20,441 bases of DNA from Octopus sinensis (GCF_006345805.1 NW_021823928.1:1-20441), one strand, 5' to 3'. Shown: positions 1 through 9,729, counted from the stretch's first letter. Numbers and translations: made by a program. Notes: generated by a model not told the origin, from the sequence alone.

Positions 1-151
1 TATTTCATATTTATTTCAGGCATTCTGTAGTTCGGATTAAAATTCCGTGTACTTTTAAAAGTAAGTTGTAGTTTGAAGGAAATTTTACTTCTATTGCTGG
101 AATATCATGCAAGCACTTAGAAGGTTTTACGGTATGCATTTTAGGTTGAGT

Positions 152-153
<2 letters not shown>

Positions 154-186
<33 letters not shown>

Positions 187-206
187 CCACGCGCGCGCAC
201 ACATAC
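154..206. repeat. (CA)n microsatellite with short (CG)n interruption
   Basis: Direct reading: cacacacac... to 184, then aaccacgcgcgcgcacacatacat. Confidence 0.97.
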
Positions 207-601
207 ATAAAGAAATCATTCATTTCTCGTCACTTTTTTTCCATAACTTAGAATAAGAAGAGCAACAACCATCACAATTTACAAGGTCTTTAAAACGATG
301 TACAAAGTGAGAAAAAATGACATTTTAAATCTTAAGTTAATGATCACAAGCTCAAATGGTTTATAATTCACAAATTCCAAGAAAGAATTGCTTTTTCTAT
401 CAGTCACTTGAGTTCGTGTCCACTTGATGGTTTTTTAATATAAGCACATAGTCTTCATTCACTCCTAAATAAATATAATTTAATCGTTTAATTAGAATGC
501 GTGTGTGTCGATGTGTGGGTGGTAGAGGAAAAGGGAGAGAAGAGAAAGTATTTCATACCAAACTTATAAATACACACACGAGCCCACACAAGCAGCACTT
601 G

Positions 602-664
602 CACACATACATACATACATAGATACATACATACATACATACATACATACATACATACATACAC
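602..664. repeat. (TACA)n tetranucleotide microsatellite
   Basis: Direct reading: catacatacatagatacatacatac... Confidence 0.97.
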
Positions 665-1310
665 TTCGAAGGCTACGTATTTGCAACGCAAGAAAAGTAG
701 GTTGCTACTAAATAGCTAACCAACAAAAGAGACCGTGAAGCGCGAGATGCAACCGAAAAATCTAGCTTATGCCATATTTCTGGAGAAGCCATCACACATG
801 TGATTAGCAGCGGCCCCAAAACGTCATCAAGCTACTACCTCCCAATGCGACACGAAGTTGTCGCTGAAGCAATACACAACGCCATTCGGAAAATAGACTT
901 TCCTGGAATAAATATAGAAGATCCCTCTTTTACTGAACAGCGCAAGGAATACTTCTGGAACATTTCCATCAAAACATCTGTCGTGTGTAAACATAACAGG
1001 CCTGATATTGTTGCTTGCGACAGACAAGGAAAACGTATGTACTATAATAGAGGTCAGCTGTCTTGCTGATGTGAATGTCTCTTTGAAAGTCAAAGAGAAA
1101 GAAGACAACTATAGACAACTGATTCGAAACCTCCAGCTTCTATATCCAGATTCTATATCCATATGTAATGCCAATAATAACTGGAGCACCTCCTTCTGTA
1201 AAGTAAATGCCGAACTGTAAGTCTGAATAAGTTTGGATTTTCAGAAAAAGAAATCAACCGATTCACACATTACAAATACAATAAAAATATGCTAGACATT
1301 TTTCATGATT
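662..1310 (+). mobile_element. Decayed 3' part of an RLE-type (R4/Dong-like) non-LTR retrotransposon: zinc-knuckle region and restriction-like endonuclease
   Basis: Manual translation gives FEGYVFATQ...SLCHISGEAITHVISSGPKTSSSYYLPMRHEVVAEAIH...KHNRPDIVACD, then after a frameshift CTIIEVSCLADVNVSLKVKEKEDNYRQLIRNL, ending near IKIC*TF. This matches the EG(F/Y)xxAxQ / CxxC-ETxxH / RHD / RPD..(D/E)V..K..KY layout of RLE LINEs. Stops and frameshifts are present. Confidence 0.88.
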
Positions 1311-1492
1311 AAAAAATTTGATATTGTTTTTGATATCTACATTCCAACGATGGAGTTTTGTATTATCTTTGCTAGAAAATAGGTCCTTCCTTAGAGGAAG
1401 AATTTAAATAATTAAAAACAAAAGAGGACATGCATACATAGAAAGGTTGGCACACATTCACGTTTTCAAATATGTAGATGTACAAATTGAAG

Positions 1493-1628
<136 letters not shown>

Positions 1629-1767
1629 TACTTATATATAATACTTATACGTAAATGTAAGATACATGGGTACAAAAATAAAGTTTCAATAAATAACCAC
1701 ACACTCACACACATAGGCTTGCTTGTGTATGTCTATGTGAGCATATGTATGATTTTTAAACTTAAGG

Positions 1768-2051
1768 TGAATGACTCTTGATTGCGACACAGAATCAAAG
1801 AATTATTACCTGGAACCACCAAAACATGCAATGAATGAGAAAACATAAAACAGCGCAAAATACTTCGAGGCTGAGAAGAAGGCAGAACATTTATTGGCTT
1901 TGGATGTATCAGTGAGAAAAAATAAAACATGAATAGCAGAAATGGGGCTTTCATAGCTTGGAAGTGATACTGTTAATTGTGGATTACCAACATGGTTTGA
2001 ACATACTCTAGAACAGATGCAAAAGAACAACAAAGTGACCTTATTCTGGGA
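1768..2051 (+). mobile_element. Heavily decayed R4/Dong-like LINE fragment (zinc-knuckle region to start of RLE)
   Basis: Translates to LLIATQNQRIITWNHQ ... TWFEHTLEQMQKNNKVTLFWE. It aligns by eye with the minus-strand copies at 3170-3470 (KRFEHIPKKI*ENGKATIFWD) and ~11800-12090. Confidence 0.7.
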
Positions 2052-2353
2052 ATTGGTCGTACTAATTCGCTTTGACCCAACATTTTTACATAGTGTGTAT
2101 GGTTGTATCCAGAGACCTCCTGCGAAAATCAAAATTTTTCGATAATAATTTACAATGAATTCACACAACAACTTTTGATTGCTAATGTTTTAAATGAACA
2201 TCTTGAATGAATGTTTTACCACCGCTCTTGAAAGATTAATGTTCTAGAAAAATATTTTACTGTTTTTATCCACGAAAAAATCAGAGACAGTTGATAAAAG
2301 AGCCAAAGTTATGTTAGCTGTGAGTTTAATGTTAATTACATAGAGATAAGGAT

Positions 2354-2847
2354 TGTTATTATTTTAGTGCTTTTATTTGTATTGGGTGCTTTCACTGCTC
2401 TAGTGATCACAGCTTAACATGTCTTGGATGTCGTTTATTTTGTATTGAAAGTACTCAACGTTATATCTGTGTAGAGCTTATTAGTGTTTTCCCTGAATGT
2501 TCTTGGTTGTGTTTTTAGTTTTTAATTATTCCCCATATTTTGTTATAAGGTTTCATTGCCGTTTTTCCCCCTGGTTAATTCTATTTCCAGCTCTTTATAT
2601 TTCGATGATTTTGATATTTGGAAAGAAACATCATCAGTTATTAGGACTGATATGTCGAATGGACTGGAAACATATCCTTACCATGATTACACACACCAAA
2701 CACACAAACACACACACCACACACACACACACAACCACACACCACACACACACACAAAACACACACACACACTCCACCACACTCACACACACACACTCAC
2801 ACACCTATACACATATGTATATGTATATACATAATATATATATATTT

Positions 2848-2878
<31 letters not shown>

Positions 2879-5060
2879 TGTAATATATGTATGTATATTG
2901 TATTTTTATGTATGCATGTATATGTATGTTTATGTATGTATGTACGTACGTATGTACGTACGTATGTATGTATGTATGTATGTATGTATGTATGTATGTA
3001 TGTATGTATGTATGTGTGTATGTATGTATGTGCGTATGTATGTATGTATGTATGTTTATGTATGTATGAGTGTGTATATGTATGTATGTATGTACGTATG
3101 TATGTATGTATGTATGTATGTATGTTTATGTATGTAAGTATGTATGTATGCACGTACGCATGTATGTATGTCCCAGAATATAGTTGCTTTGCCATTCTCT
3201 TATATCTTTTTGGGTATATGCTCAAACCGTTTTTTTCTATAAGTAATCTATAATATTAATACAAATTTCAGTCTCTGAAAGCCCAATTTCTGTCTTTCAT
3301 GTTGTTAGATTTTTTTTCTTGCCAATAAATTCAGAGCCAATATACGAAATGGTTTCTTTCCAACCTCAGCGTATTCTGCGTTACTTTGTGTTTTCTGGTC
3401 TGTAGCATATTTGGGTGGTTTCAGATGGCAAATCTGTTTCCGTGTTACAATCAAGAATCTTTCAACATCAGCATATAAAATTTACAAAAATAGACAACTT
3501 TCAAAAGATAGTAGTGCACATTAATGCACGCACATATTACGAAGAACACTTCTAATACATCAGCAAATACAAAACTACCACACTGGCTCACAGGAAGAAT
3601 TGCATATTTAAAAAATTTATTTTTTATCCTTTTTCAGTTTCTCAGTTATTAGCCATGCGAGGGCTTTTCTTGATATTCCTTTTAACAATGAATTATGTCG
3701 CTCTTTTTTTTCGCTTAGTTTTTAGCCTTTACATAATTTCGTTTCGGTTCTTGTTTCTCCTCCTTCACAACTGCCTGTCGTTTCAAACACTGTTTTGTAT
3801 ATGTTGGTTTCCTTGAAAACGGGAAACAGTTTTATCTTTTTTTTTTATTTATTTGGTTATTTACGTTCGGTTTCCATTATTCCCCACCAGATATTTTTGT
3901 AGCCCTACTGTGAATATTTTATAATTTTGTAGTAGTTGCATAAAGCTTATATTTCTAGTACCTATAGTCTTGTATTGAAATAGCTTTACTCGATTTTATG
4001 ATTAGCTTTGCTTGTTTAGCTGCTAATTTTATCTAACTATGATTTTAATTTTTACTGGAAATTTTAGAATATTGATGCCGATTACCTTTAAATATTTTTT
4101 GCATCTATATTATTTCCCCATAACTTTTTATCTGCATCTATAATATTTCCCAATAACATTTTATTTCACTTGAATGTATTGTACACTGCCTTGTTCATTG
4201 GTTCTCAAGTATTTGTGCGTACGAATTTGGCAGAATTCTCTGATCTGAGTTGTTTTTTTAATTAGCAAAACAATGTCATTAATTCATTTCCGTTTCTTTC
4301 AAGTTGTCTCAGCACATTTTTCTAATTCTAATGTCATCAATTTCTATAGAAAACCAGAGCCCAGTTAGCAGCATTGTTACCAATTGTTTACCATCTGTAA
4401 CGTACGGCTTGCGGTCGACCATGTATGGAGGACCTCAATGGCTGATTGTACCACCATCTATATCCTAGTCAAATCCATTTTATCTTGTTGGTTAAAGCTA
4501 ATATAGTTCCACTGACGTCAGTGATTGACCATGCTACTCCCTGGAATTCACGTACGTCCCTTGTTAGTGGTGTTGCATTGACTTCTACTTTTAGTTAGGT
4601 CGTGATAAAATCGTTTTCATTTAAGATCGAATTGCTTGTTTTGTTCAAGAAATTCTAGTCGCTCTTCTTACCCACGGATTCAGATTGATTTAGTGAGGAT
4701 CACTCATGTCTTTAATTTTGAATACTTCATTTCTTTATACATATTTCTGTAATTATTCGTCTATTTTTCATTCGTGTCGTTTCACCAATAACATCGTTAG
4801 GGGTTGAGTGATATTTTCCATTATTTTCTATTTTTCTTTTGAGTGTTCTAATTTACTTTTGATACTTCAGTACTATCAGCATGTGTCTTATGAAGTTAAC
4901 TTGTCTGTTGGGATTCACCATTTCGATGTGGTGTGTTCAAAGAGTGTATTGTCATAGTTTCTCTGTGTGCATAAAGTACCGCTAGAAATAGGGATATACA
5001 ACAGAAGCTTATTTCTCTCGTGTCCATTGATATCTTTCTGTTTCATTTGGGAGGCCTAAG
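2354..5060 (-). mobile_element. Old, internally deleted R4/Dong-like LINE, interrupted by a microsatellite (2689-3170) and an unassigned ~140-bp insert (~3480-3620)
   Basis: Minus-strand motifs occur in the correct order: RYQWTREK (~5035-5012), EERLEFLEQNKQFDLK*KRFYHDL (~4667-4600), SAIEVLHTWS..QMVNNW (~4445-4380), ELEKCAETT (~4328-4302), IREFCQIRTHKYL, VIGINIL, QLLQNYKIFTVGLQKYL (~3950-3890), QEKPSHG (~3675-3655), KETISYI, ENGKATIFWD (3200-3170), FDISVLITDDVSFQISKSSKYKELEIELTR (~2665-2575). These are followed by a 3'UTR resembling the 5821 and 11376 copies and a short AAT tail at ~2355-2363. Confidence 0.78.
2689..3170. repeat. Compound microsatellite: degenerate (CA)n, then (TA)n, then (TATG)n
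   Basis: Direct reading. Confidence 0.97.
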
Positions 5061-5611
5061 ATTTAAAACTCAGCCTTATAGTTTAGATTTTTAGCATTTT
5101 CATCGGGTACCGGATCATCCTATGGCATAGTGTTCTAACTCCCCATTTTTCATAATTCTTATGAAGCAGATCCACAGTACTAACCCTCTTATTATTAACT
5201 TCAGGCTGAGTGATATGAACCTGTCGATATGAAGCGAGCTCTGATTGTTTATTACAACGTTATAAGATCGTTAACTATTTCGAAAATTTGTAAATTGTAA
5301 TATATTAATAGACGAGTGTTAATTATCGATAAATTTTGTAAGTATTACTTGCTTAAAACGTTTCAATCACGTTCTTCGATTTGAGCCGCTGTTTTCTAAT
5401 CGCTATCATTGAATATTTATCGGATCACAAGTATTGTTCTCTCATGTTCTTTCTTGTTAAAGGTCTTCGGTAATTTTTCCTTTTGTCACCGTCGTAGTCT
5501 TTTCCTCGTTCCTTGTATTATTGCTGTATTCAATCAATAACTTGGGTCGAAGGTGTCGGTAATATCAACTAAACTCTCTCCTTAAAAATAATGACATTGT
5601 ACGTATCATTT

Positions 5612-5633
5612 TAATAATAATAATAATAATAAT

Positions 5634-5668
<35 letters not shown>

Positions 5669-5757
5669 GATAATAATAATAATAATTATTATTATTATTA
5701 TTATGTTATTATTATTGTTATTATCATTATTATTTTATATTGTTATTATCATTATTA

Positions 5758-5820
<63 letters not shown>
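5612..5820. repeat. (AAT)n followed by (ATT)n; palindromic junction centred at 5685/5686. The (ATT)n arm is the tail of the adjacent minus-strand LINE
   Basis: aataat...aataa|ttatt...attatt read directly. Confidence 0.95.
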
Positions 5821-6028
5821 GAGTAGTTTTATTTTATAGCGTGCTTTCACTTCACTACCGAGCGCAGCTCTGTGTGCCTGGGTATGTGCTGTTGTTGTGT
5901 TGTGTTCTATGCCTGGTTATTGTAGGGAAAGTGTTCTGCGTAGGATGTGTGGCGTTGCCTAGTAGTGCAATTTTCTGTATGTTATATGTGTTGTAAGTCC
6001 TGGCGTTTTTGTTATGTATTTGTCTGAA
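5821..6028 (-). mobile_element. Short 5'-truncated R4/Dong-like LINE 3' end (ORF end plus 3'UTR)
   Basis: Minus strand reads DKYITKTPGLT..YNIQKIALLG..HILRRTLSLQ*, then a 3'UTR (gagctgcgctcggta...gtgaaa) shared with 11376-11600, then the (AAT)n tail. Confidence 0.85.
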
Positions 6029-6131
6029 TTCTTCTTCTTCTTCTTATTTTCTTCTTCTCTTCTTCTCTTCTTTTCTTATTATTCTTCTCTTCTTCTTCTT
6101 CCTTCTTCTTCTTCTTCTTCTTCTTCTTCTT

Positions 6132-6202
<71 letters not shown>

Positions 6203-6244
6203 CATCATTATTATTATTATCATTATTATTATTATTATTTTATT
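6029..6244. repeat. (TTC)n then (TTA)n compound microsatellite; the TTA part is the tail of the next LINE
   Basis: Direct reading; the motif switches at ~6160. Confidence 0.97.
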
Positions 6245-6564
6245 GATGCACAATAGATTAAACAAATAACCTTAGATGCCAAGAAGCTTCCTAAGTATTC
6301 TAGCTGTTCACATTAACTGTTTGCTGGAGCTGTACAAAAGTAGGTTTTATGCCTATTTCCTCTATATATCTGTTCGAATCTTTAGGGATAGTTCCTAATA
6401 CCCCCATAACTACTGTTATACATTTTACCCGCACTTTCCATAGTCTCTGTAATGCAATGGCTAGGTCCTGGTGCTGTGCTATTTTTTTCTGTACCGCTCA
6501 TATTGATTGTTTTCATCATTTGGGACTGTAAAGTCAATTATCGGGCACTTTCTATTCTCTTTAT

Positions 6565-6565
<1 letters not shown>
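6245..6565 (-). mobile_element. 5'-truncated R4/Dong-like LINE 3' end (RLE C-terminal half)
   Basis: Minus strand: DKENRKCPIIDFTVPNDEN..., frameshift, QKKIAQHQDLAIALQRLWKVRVKCITVVMGVLGTIPKD...VQLQQTV, frameshift, TARILRKLLGI*. Confidence 0.85.
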
Positions 6566-6638
<73 letters not shown>

Positions 6639-6667
6639 ACTACTACTACTACTACTACTACTACTGC

Positions 6668-6700
<33 letters not shown>

Positions 6701-6712
6701 AACAACAACAAC

Positions 6713-6743
<31 letters not shown>

Positions 6744-6777
6744 CTATTATTATTATTATTATTATTTCGCTTTATCA
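6565..6777. repeat. Compound trinucleotide microsatellite (CTA)n(CTG)n(CTA)n(AAT)n(AAC)n(AAT)n(ATT)n
   Basis: Direct reading; CTG run ~6607-6636; AAT/ATT palindromic junction at 6730/6731. Confidence 0.97.
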
Positions 6778-8240
6778 TAGATTTTGTTGGAGCTCCTGGA
6801 CTCTTGCATGCGTAGCAGGCTGGCTACCTGCAGCCTACAATACCATACTATTAGTTTTTTTAGCTATCTAATACTTTCCTCATTATTCTGGCCTTTCCTA
6901 AGAGGCAAATCGTTTGTAACAGTTTTACTAGGTTTTCTGTCAGAAGGTATCAAGGGGACTATAAAGGAAATTGGAATAATTTCCTTTATATTCCCTTTGA
7001 TGCCTTCTGATACTGTTCCCAAGGACCCAACAGTAATTGGCACTATCTTCACCTTCTTTATGTTCCCCAACCGGACTAATTCGTATTTAAGAGGTTTGTA
7101 TTAATCTATTTTTTTCGCCTTCCCTCTTGGCTATTCGTGGTTCAAAGGGGCATGCACATCAACTACACAGTATATATGGTGCCACTTTTACCACTGCAAG
7201 GTCCGGTCAGTTATGCTCTAACACCTGATCTGTTTGGATTGGGAAATCCCAGAGGATTTTGCTAATCTCCGACTCCGCCACTCTATTGCTTGTGCTCATG
7301 CCACGTATTGCCTCTCTCTAATCCCCAATTTTCGCAGTTTCCAATGTAGCACTTTCGCTACTTGATCGTGTCGCCACAACTGTAGTTAGAGTAAGGGTAA
7401 GTTTTGTGTAAGTCTTGGGCATTCGTTTCTGATATGGGCAATGGCTTCATCCATTCTGTTGCAGGTGCGGCACAGCGGAGACACTTGCTCATTCCTCAGG
7501 TTGACTTTCTAGTTCGTGACCAAAGCTTGGTCTTGCGCAGCGAATATAGTACTCTCGGTCTCTTTTTTAGGGTTCCTTTATTCAGCAAATCCCACTTAAG
7601 TTTTCTAGCAACTGACTATGTAGTCCCTTCTTGCGTAATTCTTCTTCATGTCCTTTTTGTATTTCTTCCTTCGTTTTCCCTTATTTCTCTGCTCTCAATA
7701 CTCCCTCGTTCCTAGCTGTTACCATGAAGGTGTCCTTACTTTGGGCTAGATATCTCATTAAGCTCTCGAGTTTTATACGTGACGCAGTCTTCCCACTTAT
7801 CAGTCCTCTTCCTCCATCTGCTCTCTTCATGTTTAGGCGATCAGTGTCTGCGCTTGGATTATGGGCTCCATGCATCGATAGGAGCTTTCCTGTTTTCCTG
7901 TCCATCTCCTTTAGCTCCACCTCTGACCACTTCAGGATTCCAGCGCCATATCGAACTACTGCGACTACGCGCGAGTTTATTGCCGAAATTATGTTTCTGG
8001 TATTCAGCTTTGAAGCCAATATTTTTCTCACTCGCTGCAGGTACTCTCTTTTTGTATTTCTCTTCAAGCCGTTGTGTTTGATTCCATCTACCTCAAATAT
8101 TCCCAGGTATTTATAGCTGGACTGAAGTTGAATTGCCTTCATTATCTCACCACTAAGCTAACCTGTCTTCTGTCCAGACAAGCTTTCTTCGTTTCATTAC
8201 CATCGTAGCACATTTTGAAAGCCCAAACTCCATCTTATAG
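6778..8240 (-). mobile_element. 5'-truncated R4/Dong-like LINE (end of RT, thumb, zinc knuckle, RLE, 3'UTR)
   Basis: YKMEFGLSKCATMVMKR; ORF 7681-8142 YKYLGI...EYLQRVRKILASKLN..AINS..RYGAG...MDRKTGKLLSMHGAHNPSADTDRL..GGRGL; KKETESTIFAAQDQAL; PLCRTCNRMDEAIAH; RHDQVAKVLHW; KILWDFPIQTDQVLEHN*PDL; VPITVGSLG; LLQTICLLGKARIMRKVLDS* (~6857). The tail is the (TTA)n at 6731-6777. Confidence 0.93.
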
Positions 8241-8242
8241 GT

Positions 8243-8476
8243 GTCGAGCTGGCGGCGCGCACCAGAAAAATACCTTGTGCTATTTGTTGCACTTCTTTGC
8301 AATCTGAGTTCAAAATCCACTGGTGTCTGTGTTATTTTTGCTTTTATCACTCAGGTATCGATAAAATAAAGTACCAGAAAACTACTGGAGCCGATGGTGC
8401 TCACTAACAGTCTCCTCTTAAATTTGATTTCGGCTTTGTGCCAAAATTTAGAAGTTATTACTATTATCATTATTGT
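8243..8476 (+). mobile_element. SINE copy 1 (octopus-type family; degenerate)
   Basis: gagctggc...ctgagttcaaaatcc...ttttatcactcaggtatcgataaaataaagtaccag...ggctttgtgccaaaatttagaa plus a short ATT tail. It aligns by eye with the other four copies in the window. Confidence 0.78.
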
Positions 8477-8480
8477 AAAT

Positions 8481-8695
8481 AAGGCAGCGAGACAGCAGAA
8501 TCATTAGCATACTGGACAAAATGCTTAGCGGTATTTGCTCGCTTTTTTACGATCTGAGTTCAAGTTCCGCCGAGGTCGACTTTACCATTAATCCTTTCGT
8601 TGTCAAGAAAATAAGTACGAATTGAAGACATAAAGTTGATGCAATCCCACAAAATTTCAGGTCTTGTCCTATAGTAGAAAGGATTATTATTATTG
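8481..8695 (+). mobile_element. SINE copy 2 (octopus-type family)
   Basis: aaggcagcgagacagcagaatcattagcatactggacaaaatgcttagcggtatt...ctgagttcaagttccgccgaggtcgacttt...atcctttcg...taagtac...aaaatttcaggtcttgtcctatagtagaaaggattattattatt. It has a B-box-like GTTCAA and a central motif resembling the Nin/Deu-type SINE domain. Confidence 0.88.
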
Positions 8696-8700
8696 TAAAT

Positions 8701-8876
8701 ATGTCGGACAAAATGCATTAAGTTATTTCTTCTGCTTTCAAAAGCCGCTGAAAGTAACTCTACCGCCCATTCCCTTTGAGTCAATAAAATAGGCACCAGT
8801 CAAGTATTGGAACATATTTAATCGATTAACCTTCTTATAAAATTTCAGGTCTTAAGCAAATATTCTTAGAAATATC
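8701..8876 (+). mobile_element. SINE copy 3 (5'-truncated, degenerate)
   Basis: ggacaaaatgc...gtcaataaaataggcaccagtcaagtattgg...aatcgatt...aaaatttcaggtct, collinear with copy 2. Confidence 0.7.
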
Positions 8877-9019
8877 AACCACACTTCTGTGTATTTGTAT
8901 ATCACTCATGCATTTTCCTTAATACTTTGGACCCTTGTGGTCAATAAAAGAAATCATCACCACACTTATTATTATTACTAGTAGTAGACGTTGTATTAGC
9001 TGTAATAGTAATAGTTAAT

Positions 9020-9237
9020 AAAGCGGTGAGGGGGTTGATTTATTAAAACGCCGGATAAAATGTAGAGTGGTATTCCTTCCGACTCTTCGTGTTCTGAGTT
9101 AAAATCCTATGGAGGTCAACTTTGCCTTCCATCTTTTTGGGGTCAATAAAATTAAGTACCGTTCAAGTACCGGGGTCGATGTAATCGACTTCCATCCTGT
9201 CCTGAGAATCGCTTCCATGATGTCAAAAATTAGAATT
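9020..9237 (+). mobile_element. SINE copy 4
   Basis: aaagcggtgag...gccggataaaatg...gttctgagttaaaatcc..gaggtcaactttgccttccatctttttggggtcaataaaattaagtacc...ggggtcgatgtaatcgact. Confidence 0.85.
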
Positions 9238-9382
9238 TGTTGTTGTTGTTGTTGTTGTTGTTGTTCTTCTTCTTTTTCTTCTTCTCTTCCTTTCATCATC
9301 GTCATCATCATCATCATCATCATCATCGTCATCATCATCGTCATCGTCATCGTCGTTGTCGTCGTCGTCATCCTCATCTTCA

Positions 9383-9415
<33 letters not shown>

Positions 9416-9452
9416 TCATTATCATCATCATCATCATCATCATCATCATTAC
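9238..9452. repeat. Compound microsatellite (TTG)n(TTC)n(TCA)n/(TCG)n(TCA)n at the tail of SINE copy 4
   Basis: Direct reading. Confidence 0.96.
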
Positions 9453-9729
9453 TGCTGTTATAAAGATTTTTTATTCTTTTTAGTTTTTAATTTTTTTGGT
9501 TTCTTCTGTGATACATAATATCAACACAGCTGTCAACGGTTCACACTGTTTGGCGTCTTGTCGACGTATCTGTGAACCACACACTGATTACGTAGACTCC
9601 ACCTATGTGTATATAAGACAGATATTATGAAAGACGTAAAAGTACCTGGCTAAATCGACTTTACACATGATCTAGTTTTGTTATTAGAAGAAAAGAAAAT
9701 TGAGAGGTAAATAAACAAAAACAAACAAG

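Noticed and set aside
1806-2171. 121-aa minus-strand ORF, and the 128-aa plus-strand ORF at 2497-2883, as host genes
   Set aside because: Both are antisense readings of decayed R4-like LINE fragments; the second runs into a microsatellite.
8243-9237. Repeated gtcgat/aagtacc motifs as a CRISPR-like array or as tRNA genes
   Set aside because: The units are ~200-bp diverged SINE copies with no constant repeat-spacer period, and they do not form complete cloverleafs.
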